64,000 nucleotides of DNA, from NCBI GenBank assembly GCA_946965045.2, contig OX337231.1, forward strand, positions 1,488,001 through 1,552,000, given 5' to 3'. The notes beneath the pieces were generated by a model. That model searched no databases, was not told the origin of the DNA, and saw nothing but the letters and a program-made list of their open reading frames with translations. The stretch is from Epithemia pelagica. Taxonomy: Eukaryota > Protista > Bacillariophyta. Positions 43,668 to 53,389 of the stretch are shown piece by piece (the stretch's first letter is position 1; each line of letters opens with the position of its first letter). The translations under genes were made by a program, and so were the position numbers.

Positions 43668-46600
43668 AACCCTGGAGCCACGGGCCGTACTTCACGTCAT
43701 GGCACGAGTACGGTACCGACGGGAGGAAGTGACCCGCCCGGAGGTACACCGGGAACGGGAGGAAGCGCGGCAGGGATGGCCGCAGGAGGAACGGCTCCAG
43801 GAGTAGCTGCGCCAGGGGGCGCGTCTGGAACGGGCACTGCAGGTGCAGGTGCCGCAGGAACAGGAGGCGCCGGCGGCATCGCCGGTGCAGGTGGAGGAGT
43901 GCCAGGAGCAGCTGGGGCGGGAGGACCTGGCGCCCCTGGCGGAGGAGGTGCTGGAGGGCATGGTGCAGGTGGAGGAGGCGACGGCGGAGGCGCTGGAGGA
44001 GGAGGCGCTGGAGGAGGAGGCGGAGGTGGAGTACCTCCAGGCGTGCCACCACCACCACCGCCACTTTCTGCAGTCGGAATGGCCCTATCCGTGTGTGGCG
44101 CGAATCCTTTCGAGATATATGCCTTGGAACACACGGAACGGCTTAATACTCTAGAGTCATACGGAAGGATGACATCGGATGACGTGACCCAGGTAGCGTC
44201 GCGATTGGAGAAACGTCCTTACCCGCATAACGTCGCCATCCCTACAAGTGTCGTCAAGAACATTCAAGGAATGTGTTTCTGGTCGGCACGGGCGCGTCGA
44301 CAGGGTTGTCCGCTTAACTATGGAGATTTCACCACGGAAGTCTTGGCAGAATCGTTGGACGCCATGGAAATTCAGGCAGAAAAATCCTCCGCACCAGATA
44401 TTAAGCCCTCCGCCCTCAAGGAAGAAGACTGGGAAGATTGGAGTCAAGAATTCCCCACGTATCTGTCTCACATATACGGAAAACAGAAGGCCCCATTGGA
44501 TTATGTGATCCGTCCGGACCTAGCTCCGACTCACGTTTTTGCTAGTACTAGGGAACAAGAGCTCTATAGCTACCCTCTAGGTGGCCCCTACTACGAGGAA
44601 GATAACAAGGAGGTATTTCGGCTGTTGAGTGATCTAGTGAAAGATCAACCTGCCACTTGGATCCAGCCGTACCAGGCATCTCAAGATGGACGCCGTGCAT
44701 GGCTTGCACTCGTGGATCATTTCGATGGCGGCGGTCAAAAGGAACGGCGTATCTCCAAGGCCGAGGCCATCCTAGAGACGGTCTTATATCAAAACGAACG
44801 CGTCTTTAGTTTTGATGCTTACTCTGCTAAACTTTTGCGGGCGTTTCGTACCCTGGACAATACCCCTAATCGGCGCACGGCATCGAACCAAGTCAAGATT
44901 CTCATTGACAACATGAAGATTGCAACGGCTGAGTTCGCTGTCATCAAAGCGTACGTTCGAAGCAACCATCGCACGGACTTACCAGGGGCCATTGCGTATA
45001 TCTCACGCGAAATATCGGATATCTATCCGGACGTCGCCGTTGGCGGTAATCGACGTAACCAAGGCCGTCACCGCTTCATATCGGAAACCACCTCGAACCC
45101 CGCCAACCGTCCACGGAACTTTACTGGACTCCAGCAAACCAACGGAATCTACACCTTCTACGGTGTTGATGTCACCGACGTCACTCGTCGTTTTTCAAGC
45201 GAAGAAATGGCGACCCTTGGCCCTGCTGGGCAAGCTTATATTCACCAGGAACGCGCACGGGTTCGTGTTCATGGTGGTCGTGGCGGCGGCCGCGGTCTCG
45301 GTGGTCGGGGACGTCATGGACATGGGGGTCGCGGTGCAGGCCGTGGTCGTGGCATTTCTGAGATCCAGACTGGTGGGGACCAGTCAATTATTACCGATAT
45401 CACCAACAACGATCAGGACACAAGGACGGAAACTGGCACAGCCACACAAGGGGAACGAGAAAGGGGAAGTACAAACGGGAGAAGATTTGGGAATGGGGCA
45501 TACGGAGATGAAAATACTGGGACAGCAGGAAGCACTGGGAATGGCCATCGGGGAATGGCGGTCGTCCATTGCGGGCCACAGCGACGCGTTGGTCAAGTCG
45601 CCAAGGGTTGGTTGTTGGAACAAGGAAAAGCGGGAACTCTTGGTAGGAACGAAATGGACACGATGGCGGATACATGTTGCGCGGGGCGCAATTGGACTCT
45701 GCTTGAGACAACGGGGATGGAGTGTACCGTTAACGATTTTGCAGGCAACCAGGTGGGAAAATCTTCGGTGCCAGTGGCGACATGTGCCACTGTCGTCAGG
45801 GAGGCGAAATCTGGCTTAGAAATCGTAGTGATAGGACACCAAATGTTGTGGTTCGGGGATAAGTTGGATAAAACATTGTTGAATCAAAACCAGATTCGCC
45901 ATGCTGGGCACGATGTTGGGGACGACCCGACGAGAAAGGATCGTGAAGGATTCGGAATTTGGGTGGATGGGTTTCACATCCCGTTTCAGTTACACGGAAC
46001 GACGGTGTACTTTGAGTCCCGAGCACCAAGTCCTCAAGACATCGAACAGATGCCTTCTGTTACTGTTACACGTCAAGAAATGTGGGATCCCCACACGGTT
46101 GACCTGTTAGTCCAGGACGCAAGCCCATATCTGGAAACGTATGGACCGAGCGTGGCCGGGATTGGGGAGATTTCTGTCGCCTTGACCCCGGAAGGAATTA
46201 CACGCGAGTTGGCCTCTCGTCCGCGAGTTAAACAAGTCGAGAGCTCGCGGCATGGCTCGGCCACTGCGGAGAGTCTCAGTCGCAAGTGGCGCATCGGGCT
46301 CGATTCCGCTCGAAATACCCTCCGAGTGACCACCCAACAGGGGATCCGCACGGCTATCTCGCCAATCACGCGGCGATACAGGGTAGACAATCTAGCATTA
46401 CACCGGAATCGCCTCCACACACGCTTTCATACGGACACACTGTTCTCCAAGACGACGTCTTTGTCCGGAAACAAGTGTGCTCAGTTGTTTACGGACGGAC
46501 ACTTTACCGCGGTTTACCCTCTACCTAGTAAGGCACAAGTCGGACAGGCGCTCGCGCAATTTATCGACGAAGTTGGGATCCCGGACAAGCTCACCGCGGA

Positions 46601-49148
46601 TATGGCGGGTGAGCAGTTTGGAGAATCCACCCTATTCCGGAAGTTAGTCCGGATGCACCGTGTGGACATCCACTGGACGGAACGTCACACTGGAAAGCAA
46701 AATCATCGCGCCGAGCGCGAAATTGGATTGTTGAAGCAACGATGGCACCGTCGTGCCACTGACTTGCATGTGCCCAAGCGACTGTGGGATTTTGGCCTCG
46801 TTTATGAAGCGGGCATACTCAGTCGAGTCGCTCGGGGACAAGACGGCCGAACTGGGTTGGAACGACTCTCGGGAGATACGCCCGACATCTCGGAGTGGAT
46901 TGATTTTTCTTTTTTTGACTTAGTTTGGTTTCACAACAACGTGAAAACTGATACCGCTGACGACAATGCTCAATTGGGATACTGGTTGGGAATCGCTCAC
47001 CGAATTGGCAGCGATCTCTGCTATTGGGTGCTGACCAAAAGCGGCAAGGTCATCGCTCGGACAACAGTCCAGCACGTCACAGACGACGATATGCGGAAGC
47101 CAGAAATCGCCGAGAAGGTTAAGCAGTTCAAGTTGATTGTTGAAGAGAGGTTAGATGACCGGAACTTCACTGACACGGAAGGGAAAGGACCAGGTTACTT
47201 GGAGGACATGGAGAATTTGGAGTTAGAAGAGGAAAGACGGGGACGGACCGGGATCGTCCCGTCTGATGAGGAATACGGAGATATGGTGGTGGAGGAAACA
47301 AAGGATGCTGACGCACATGGGGAAGGACACGACGAGTACATTGGGGCACAGATACAAGTCGAAGTGGGAGGCGAGCGAATGTTCGGCACGGTAGTGAAAA
47401 GACAGAAAGGGTTAGACGGGAAGCCTGTGGGAAAACCGCACCGCAACCCACGATTTGACACCAGGACTTACCAAGTAGGATTCCCAGGTGGAGTAATACA
47501 GGAATACACGGCGAACCTGGTGGCGGAGAACTTGTATTCTCAACTGGATACTGAAGGGAAAAGGTTTCTGGTGATCCAAGAGGTAGTCGGTCACAGGAAA
47601 AACGGGGACGCCGTGAGGGTTGAGGATGGGTACCATGAAGGCAAGAATGGTAACAAACACCCGAAGAGAACAACCAAGGGATGGGAAATAGCTGTCGAAT
47701 GCCGCGATGGGAAACAGATGTGGATACCTCTACGGGACGCAAAAAATGGGTACGCCATCGAGTTGGCAGAATACGCGGTCGCACAAGGGCTCGTGGAGGA
47801 ACCGGCATTCAAGTGGTGGGTCCCACAGACGCTCAACCACATGCGCCGGATGGTAAAGAAGGTGAAGAAAAAATACTGGAAGACCACCGAGAAGTATGGG
47901 ATAAAACTACCCCATTCGGTGGAAGAAGCTTTAAAGATAGACAAACTAACTGGAACTACGTTCTGGAGGGACGCTATCGACAAGGAACTCAAGGTAGTGA
48001 AGGTAGCATGGGAAGCACGGGACGACTTAGACATCGACGAGATCGACCGGCATTACAAGATCAAGGCAGGCAGCGTGGGTGAGCCGACTGTATATTTGGG
48101 CGCGCAGATTTACAAGCACAACTTACCTAGTGGTGACTGGGCATGGGGAATGTCCAGTGAAAAGTATGTGTCCAATGCCATTCGGATCGTCGAAGACCTG
48201 CTGAAGGAGGACGGGGACGGCAAACATTTGAAGACCACGGCACGGGTCCCCGTCATCTCATCGTACAAGCCTGAACTGGATACCAGCCCAGAGCTAGACG
48301 CAAGACTCACCTCACGATATCAACAGCTGATTGGGATTCTCAGGTGGGCAGTGGAGCTCGGTCGTGTGGACGTCTATTTGGAGGTCTCGATCTTGTCGCA
48401 GTTCTTAGCGAATCCAAGGGAAGGGCATCTCGAAGCGGTGTATCACATATTCGCCTTCCTCAAAACACATCCCAAGCTGAAGTTGGTGTTCGATCCAAAA
48501 GATGTGGTGCTGGATGAATCTTGTTTCCCGCAGGTTCCATTGGACGAATGGAAAGAGTTTTATGGGGATGTTGCTGAAGAGGTTCCGTCCGATATGCCGC
48601 TGGCGTTAGGACGGCCCGTAACTATCACGTGTTTCGTTGATGCCGATCACGCCGGGAACATCGTGACTCGTCGATCGCACACCGGGATCTTAATCTTCCT
48701 CCAAAATGCTCCCATCCTGTGGTACTCGAAGAGGCAAAATACCGTGGAGACTTCAAGTTTTGGGAGCGAGTTCGTTGCTCTTCGGATCGCCAAGGAGATG
48801 ATTGTTGCATTGCGTTACAAACTTCGGATGTTCGGGGTTCCTTTGGCCGGGCCAGCCAATGTCCTCTGCGACAATCGTGGTGTGGTGAAGAACACCAGTC
48901 TGCCTTCTTCGGTTCTCAGCAAGCGGCATAACGCTATCAATTATCATGCGGTGCGGGAGGCGGCTGCAGCGTCGATTATCCGCGTCGGTAAGGAAGATAC
49001 CGAATCCAATATTGCAGACTTGTTTACCAAGGTCCTGCCACAGGAGCGGCGGAACAACTTGATTTCGCAGTTTACGTATTCTTCGGCTTTTGGGTCCAGT
49101 GGTCCACCTTCTATGTCCACTGCTGGTATCAATCCATCCGCCCTCTGA
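41523..49148 (+). CDS. Chimeric ORF (2541 aa): host N-terminus (715 aa) fused in frame to Copia Gag-PR-IN-(RT-deleted)-RNaseH
   Basis: Identical to the 49833 protein up to SRSQSLV, then a Gly/Ala-rich region, Gag, EMDTMADT (protease), FHTDTLF/ADMAGEQ/AEREIG (integrase) and FVDADHAG/SEFVA/ADLFTK (RNase H). No YVDD. Confidence 0.88.
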   Translation: MTTMNETFATHHHHRTRMVVVENVTKPSTPGDLVSRHQRGALFTARVAKQSQPTTTTTTTNTTTTTMPNPATTFQPVEPEGVDDDDFALEDLEEASQMHVDSFDEHELNYHDEYEDHNEENNTNIRITVSTGDDKVQVVSDSSERNENDYHDDDEEQYHEESPSHTVDPDLSYGSRTGMETPPVPQRPTMVQSQSPVLSESGGSSAFTPTKAHSLSPYPRVPVPAGTGGGGRIGPPPSPPSPSARIVQQMATAGTAGETILTPVATKPPRPGVAQSTTSNPSTQPPHTTIMSTTTMSTTTTPPGIPKARITVQTSTPRYTRNPPPVSPSSSTRPIAATPVASNLGELLGASVAQLGKGHHHHHPPPTLDDTPVVSNSRKALVTPDSSPARDTSLVDNEQHETDSDWSKSAVDQMTNAVDALARIGHSFLQGPVPANHPAPASQQSLSTPGHAPEPLQESTQPSPTPLHPPTIQHPQGHFHPPLHQYTPALHPNPSTDAAPGQAPLQSHPNNHNSSNNNNMSALPPRGPPSQTGMVGQPVMGGPPVPPQRPPPEGSATESALSDALDKMNLDDRSSELEDQQSSGPQNGFLLQSSLLQNSAFQQQQQHLHPSIQQQQQQPGDGDTRSAYGLSQSQTGTEHISNQRLPRPTSAQIAASYGSRGPAESNKNKSAQHYKKPGKGQDITPMMRMRNKDLVTNDHQSVNSNDVISRSQSLVNPGATGRTSRHGTSTVPTGGSDPPGGTPGTGGSAAGMAAGGTAPGVAAPGGASGTGTAGAGAAGTGGAGGIAGAGGGVPGAAGAGGPGAPGGGGAGGHGAGGGGDGGGAGGGGAGGGGGGGVPPGVPPPPPPLSAVGMALSVCGANPFEIYALEHTERLNTLESYGRMTSDDVTQVASRLEKRPYPHNVAIPTSVVKNIQGMCFWSARARRQGCPLNYGDFTTEVLAESLDAMEIQAEKSSAPDIKPSALKEEDWEDWSQEFPTYLSHIYGKQKAPLDYVIRPDLAPTHVFASTREQELYSYPLGGPYYEEDNKEVFRLLSDLVKDQPATWIQPYQASQDGRRAWLALVDHFDGGGQKERRISKAEAILETVLYQNERVFSFDAYSAKLLRAFRTLDNTPNRRTASNQVKILIDNMKIATAEFAVIKAYVRSNHRTDLPGAIAYISREISDIYPDVAVGGNRRNQGRHRFISETTSNPANRPRNFTGLQQTNGIYTFYGVDVTDVTRRFSSEEMATLGPAGQAYIHQERARVRVHGGRGGGRGLGGRGRHGHGGRGAGRGRGISEIQTGGDQSIITDITNNDQDTRTETGTATQGERERGSTNGRRFGNGAYGDENTGTAGSTGNGHRGMAVVHCGPQRRVGQVAKGWLLEQGKAGTLGRNEMDTMADTCCAGRNWTLLETTGMECTVNDFAGNQVGKSSVPVATCATVVREAKSGLEIVVIGHQMLWFGDKLDKTLLNQNQIRHAGHDVGDDPTRKDREGFGIWVDGFHIPFQLHGTTVYFESRAPSPQDIEQMPSVTVTRQEMWDPHTVDLLVQDASPYLETYGPSVAGIGEISVALTPEGITRELASRPRVKQVESSRHGSATAESLSRKWRIGLDSARNTLRVTTQQGIRTAISPITRRYRVDNLALHRNRLHTRFHTDTLFSKTTSLSGNKCAQLFTDGHFTAVYPLPSKAQVGQALAQFIDEVGIPDKLTADMAGEQFGESTLFRKLVRMHRVDIHWTERHTGKQNHRAEREIGLLKQRWHRRATDLHVPKRLWDFGLVYEAGILSRVARGQDGRTGLERLSGDTPDISEWIDFSFFDLVWFHNNVKTDTADDNAQLGYWLGIAHRIGSDLCYWVLTKSGKVIARTTVQHVTDDDMRKPEIAEKVKQFKLIVEERLDDRNFTDTEGKGPGYLEDMENLELEEERRGRTGIVPSDEEYGDMVVEETKDADAHGEGHDEYIGAQIQVEVGGERMFGTVVKRQKGLDGKPVGKPHRNPRFDTRTYQVGFPGGVIQEYTANLVAENLYSQLDTEGKRFLVIQEVVGHRKNGDAVRVEDGYHEGKNGNKHPKRTTKGWEIAVECRDGKQMWIPLRDAKNGYAIELAEYAVAQGLVEEPAFKWWVPQTLNHMRRMVKKVKKKYWKTTEKYGIKLPHSVEEALKIDKLTGTTFWRDAIDKELKVVKVAWEARDDLDIDEIDRHYKIKAGSVGEPTVYLGAQIYKHNLPSGDWAWGMSSEKYVSNAIRIVEDLLKEDGDGKHLKTTARVPVISSYKPELDTSPELDARLTSRYQQLIGILRWAVELGRVDVYLEVSILSQFLANPREGHLEAVYHIFAFLKTHPKLKLVFDPKDVVLDESCFPQVPLDEWKEFYGDVAEEVPSDMPLALGRPVTITCFVDADHAGNIVTRRSHTGILIFLQNAPILWYSKRQNTVETSSFGSEFVALRIAKEMIVALRYKLRMFGVPLAGPANVLCDNRGVVKNTSLPSSVLSKRHNAINYHAVREAAAASIIRVGKEDTESNIADLFTKVLPQERRNNLISQFTYSSAFGSSGPPSMSTAGINPSAL

Positions 49149-49371
49149 GGGAGCCAGTCATCACTTCCATGGCATGTTGACTGGCGGGGACTGTCTCATT
49201 CTGGTCGATACGGGATTGATACGTCAGCATGACGTAGATTGGGCCTTATGACCGGGGGAAATTTGTACGGACATTATCGGTTACCACTTTACTGGTTTTA
49301 TGCGTTGGATGTAGTTGTAACGCTTATCTTAGTCTTTCTTTGGAACGGATTCTATCAGGTAGAATAAGACA
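43668..49371 (+). mobile_element. CoDi-type Ty1/Copia, 5'-truncated, RT core deleted, single 3' LTR
   Basis: PR-IN-RT-RH order, PPT CCGGGGGAAATT followed by TG at 49264. No second LTR or PBS found in the window. Confidence 0.9.
49264..49371 (+). repeat. Putative Copia 3' LTR (108 bp)
   Basis: TGTACGG...AAGACA, directly after the PPT and ending exactly where the host duplication starts. Confidence 0.7.
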
Positions 49372-51971
49372 TATATCCATCTTCAGATCTAAGCCCCCAT
49401 ATAGCACAAAATAAAGGCTTCTTGCCGATAAGCCCTATGTCACAGTACGATAATTAGTAGAGGAGACTTGTCCACTCACTTTCACCTCCCACCAACACAC
49501 ACACCAACAACCGACACAACACAGAAGCAAGAGAGCACAACCCACAACCCACACAACATGAACAACATCACAGAGTGATCCAGTCTTTCGGCTTGCACGA
49601 CCTATTTTTGGCGTTCACAACAGAATCACATCGTCGCGCGGCGTTGTCTGTATGGAAAATAAGAGTGAAAGCCGGTGGACCGTCCATGTGCCACTCACCG
49701 ACAAACGCAAGCTAACGCCTCTGAAAAATTTTGTGACCGGAAGCAGCAAGAAGTGTGCGTTCAACAAGAGAATGCTCCAGGGGATCGAGGCATCCATCTA
49801 GGTAGAACTCCCTGACGCACAGAAGAACAACCATGACAACTATGAATGAAACCTTTGCGACTCATCACCACCATCGAACTCGAATGGTGGTGGTGGAAAA
49901 TGTCACAAAGCCAAGCACTCCTGGAGACTTGTTGGTGTCCCGACACCAACGAGGGGCGTTGTTTACGGCTCGTGTCGCCAAACAGTCACAACCAACAACA
50001 ACCACAACAACAACCAACACGACAACGACCACCATGCCCAACCCAGCCACTACCTTTCAACCCGTCGAGCCGGAAGGAGTGGACGACGATGACTTTGCGT
50101 TGGAAGACTTGGAAGAAGCCAGTCAAATGCATGTAGACTCCTTTGATGAACATGAACTGAATTACCATGACGAGTACGAAGATCACAACGAAGAGAACAA
50201 CACTAATATTCGAATTACGGTAAGCACCGGGGATGACAAGGTGCAAGTTGTCTCGGATAGTAGTGAGAGAAATGAAAATGACTACCACGACGACGATGAG
50301 GAGCAATATCACGAGGAGAGTCCTAGCCATACGGTGGACCCGGATCTGTCTTATGGATCGCGAACTGGGATGGAGACTCCTCCAGTTCCTCAACGTCCAA
50401 CCATGGTACAATCGCAAAGTCCAGTGCTTTCCGAATCGGGAGGTTCGTCCGCCTTTACCCCCACCAAAGCACATAGTTTGTCACCCTATACACGCGTCCC
50501 CGTTCCAGCTGGAACAGGAGGAGGAGGACGCATTGGACCACCACCCAGTCCTCCCTCTCCCAGTGCTCGAATTGTGCAACAAATGGCCACCGCCGGTACT
50601 GCGGGAGAAACCATCCTTACCCCTGTAGCAACCAAGCCTCCTCGACCTGGAGTCGCCCAAAGTACCACAAGTAATCCTTCGACTCAACCACCACACACCA
50701 CCATCATGTCCACTACCACCACACCCCCTGGAATCCCCAAAGCTCGAATTACTGTTCAAACATCAACCCCTCGCTATACAAGGAATCCACCCCCAGTATC
50801 TCCTTCCTCTTCCACACGACCGATTGCAGCCACTCCGGTAGCATCGAATCTCGGCGAACTCTTGGGAGCTTCAGTGGCGCAACTCGGCAAGGGTCATCAT
50901 CATCATCATCCTCCGCCCACCTTGGACGACACTCCTGTCGTTTCCAATAGTCGCAAAGCGTTGGTAACGCCGGATTCCTCTCCGGCGCGAGATACTTCGT
51001 TAGTAGACAATGAACAGCATGAAACCGATTCGGATTGGTCCAAATCGGCCGTGGATCAAATGACCAACGCGGTCGACGCTTTGGCCCGGATTGGACATTC
51101 CTTTCTTCAAGGACCCGTGCCTGCCAACCATCCTGCTCCGGCCTCTCAACAATCATTGTCGACGCCAGGGCATGCCCCCGAACCATTACAAGAGTCCACG
51201 CAGCCGTCCCCAACGCCCCTTCATCCTCCCACGATACAGCATCCACAAGGACATTTCCATCCTCCCTTGCATCAGTACACACCCGCACTCCACCCGAATC
51301 CGTCCACAGATGCAGCACCCGGACAGGCGCCCTTGCAGTCCCATCCGAACAACCACAACAGCAGCAACAACAACAACATGTCGGCACTTCCCCCTCGAGG
51401 TCCGCCGTCTCAAACGGGTATGGTTGGTCAACCTGTGATGGGAGGACCACCCGTTCCTCCTCAACGTCCTCCTCCGGAAGGTAGTGCTACCGAAAGTGCC
51501 TTGTCCGATGCCCTGGATAAAATGAATTTGGATGACCGATCCAGTGAACTGGAGGATCAGCAATCCTCGGGTCCTCAAAACGGTTTTTTGCTACAGTCGT
51601 CCTTGTTGCAAAACAGCGCCTTTCAGCAGCAACAGCAACATCTTCACCCTTCCATTCAACAACAACAACAACAACAACAACCGGGCGATGGAGATACCCG
51701 ATCCGCCTACGGTCTCAGTCAGTCGCAAACCGGAACGGAACACATTTCCAATCAACGATTGCCACGACCGACTTCGGCACAGATTGCCGCGAGCTATGGA
51801 TCACGGGGACCCGCCGAATCGAACAAGAACAAGTCTGCCCAGCACTACAAAAAGCCAGGAAAAGGTCAAGACATTACGCCCATGATGAGGATGCGGAACA
51901 AGGACCTAGTAACCAATGATCATCAAAGTGTCAATTCCAACGACGTGATATCACGAAGTCAGAGCCTCGTT
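49372..51971 (+). repeat. Segmental duplication copy A'
   Basis: Near-identical to 41064-43667 and continues into the intact gene. Confidence 0.95.
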
Positions 51972-53126
51972 TCGCAGAGTGTTCAATCCCAGAGTATTCA
52001 ATCGCACAGCGTGCAATCGTACAAAAGTGCAGCCTCGCAAATGACAGAAGAAGAGTTCCATGCCATGAAGCAACGCAAGTGGCGAGAAAAAAAGAAACTC
52101 GCGGATGAAACACGTGCTCGCGAAAAAGAGCGATTGGAGGGGACACGCAAAAAGAAGAGCAGGGGCCGAGCAAAGCGAAAAAGACTCGACGTGGAAGGTA
52201 TCACCAATCTTGGCGCCTGCCAGTCAGGGCTGCAGAATATATTGAGCAATATCCTGGAGGGATCCTGTGGCCAAATGGAAGAAGATGGATCAGACTCTGA
52301 AGATGACGAAGAAAGTACCATTGGAGAGAGCACCCAGGCCTCAGAAGACTACACTCGTGGTTCCTCCATCCAATCATCCCGAAATCCTCCGGACAGTCCA
52401 TCTCGAATGTCGTCGAAAATATCGAATGCGTATACCGAAGAGGAGTCGTTAGAACAACAAGACGCAACAACGGATGGTGGCACGATTACGACGGACGGAA
52501 GCAGGACGGAGGATTCGGGCGGAAATGACAACCACTCGGAAGACCAGCAAAGTGTCCCACACCACAAGATCGACATGGAAAAGTTCAAGGACAAGGCATT
52601 TATCAAGAAATTCACTTCGGATATTTCGTCAAAAGGGATACGTTTCTTTTACCACAAGGCAAACAACGGTACTTTGGCAAACCCAGCTCGTGTAATGGTA
52701 CGGCTGAACCTTGGGCGTCAAGACTCGAATGGCAAGTTCAGTGAACCTCATTTGATGGTCAGCTCGGAAGGGGGCGAATTTGAGTTGATATTTGATATTT
52801 TCGACATTCGAAGTCTCGAAAAGGCGTCGGCCATGAAGTTAAAGGCTTACCCGCTTTCTCTTCCGGGCAACAGTATATTAATTCGTCTGAGCGAGGGTGA
52901 TCATGTACTGGAAGCTCCAGATGAAGAAGCAGCAGCCCGATTTGTGCATGGGATGCGCTGGTTGATTGCACGCCTCTCCTTCAATCTGATTATCGGGAAT
53001 GCTTCGGTAAGCTGTGAATTGCTCGAATCCGTCGAAGCGCCGCCTGACGAAATGCAAGAAGAACGAGCGATGAACGATGTGTCCAATTTTTTGGCCGACA
53101 AGACAACGCAGTTTGTCTCCATTTAG
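49833..53126 (+). CDS. Host protein with a long disordered Pro/Ser/Thr/Gln N-terminus and a C-terminal PH-like domain (1097 aa)
   Basis: Uninterrupted ORF. The C-terminal FDIFDIRSLEK...VLEAPDEEAAARFVHGMRWL pattern resembles a PH-fold beta-sandwich plus helix. Confidence 0.8.
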   Translation: MTTMNETFATHHHHRTRMVVVENVTKPSTPGDLLVSRHQRGALFTARVAKQSQPTTTTTTTNTTTTTMPNPATTFQPVEPEGVDDDDFALEDLEEASQMHVDSFDEHELNYHDEYEDHNEENNTNIRITVSTGDDKVQVVSDSSERNENDYHDDDEEQYHEESPSHTVDPDLSYGSRTGMETPPVPQRPTMVQSQSPVLSESGGSSAFTPTKAHSLSPYTRVPVPAGTGGGGRIGPPPSPPSPSARIVQQMATAGTAGETILTPVATKPPRPGVAQSTTSNPSTQPPHTTIMSTTTTPPGIPKARITVQTSTPRYTRNPPPVSPSSSTRPIAATPVASNLGELLGASVAQLGKGHHHHHPPPTLDDTPVVSNSRKALVTPDSSPARDTSLVDNEQHETDSDWSKSAVDQMTNAVDALARIGHSFLQGPVPANHPAPASQQSLSTPGHAPEPLQESTQPSPTPLHPPTIQHPQGHFHPPLHQYTPALHPNPSTDAAPGQAPLQSHPNNHNSSNNNNMSALPPRGPPSQTGMVGQPVMGGPPVPPQRPPPEGSATESALSDALDKMNLDDRSSELEDQQSSGPQNGFLLQSSLLQNSAFQQQQQHLHPSIQQQQQQQQPGDGDTRSAYGLSQSQTGTEHISNQRLPRPTSAQIAASYGSRGPAESNKNKSAQHYKKPGKGQDITPMMRMRNKDLVTNDHQSVNSNDVISRSQSLVSQSVQSQSIQSHSVQSYKSAASQMTEEEFHAMKQRKWREKKKLADETRAREKERLEGTRKKKSRGRAKRKRLDVEGITNLGACQSGLQNILSNILEGSCGQMEEDGSDSEDDEESTIGESTQASEDYTRGSSIQSSRNPPDSPSRMSSKISNAYTEEESLEQQDATTDGGTITTDGSRTEDSGGNDNHSEDQQSVPHHKIDMEKFKDKAFIKKFTSDISSKGIRFFYHKANNGTLANPARVMVRLNLGRQDSNGKFSEPHLMVSSEGGEFELIFDIFDIRSLEKASAMKLKAYPLSLPGNSILIRLSEGDHVLEAPDEEAAARFVHGMRWLIARLSFNLIIGNASVSCELLESVEAPPDEMQEERAMNDVSNFLADKTTQFVSI

Positions 53127-53389
53127 GGAAGGAATGCATAACCAAATAGAACTTAAAATCAATGGAAACAAATGACTAGTACCTTAAAGTAGAGCGGTGA
53201 ACCAGATTACAGACGATCGGGTCAAGTCACCGATGCAAAGCCAAATGGAAATACTCTGCAAGCTGTCGTTCAAGTGAGGCATCAAGTTCGACCGATATTT
53301 TCGTTATGAAACCTTTGTTATCGTTAGCAGCTACCCAGAGTATGGTTAACTCAAACTTCTCTCTCCGAAGAAGCTTGCATGCCTTTCCC

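Noticed and set aside
43666-44134. Pro-rich minus-strand ORFs opposite the Copia Gly/Ala tract, and similar antisense ORFs across the Gypsy and LINE
   Set aside because: Shadow frames of GC-rich, low-complexity coding sequence.
41064-51971. Treating the 2.6-kb duplication as giant LTRs of the Copia
   Set aside because: No TG..CA ends or TSD, the PPT points to 49264, and A' continues seamlessly into a host ORF.
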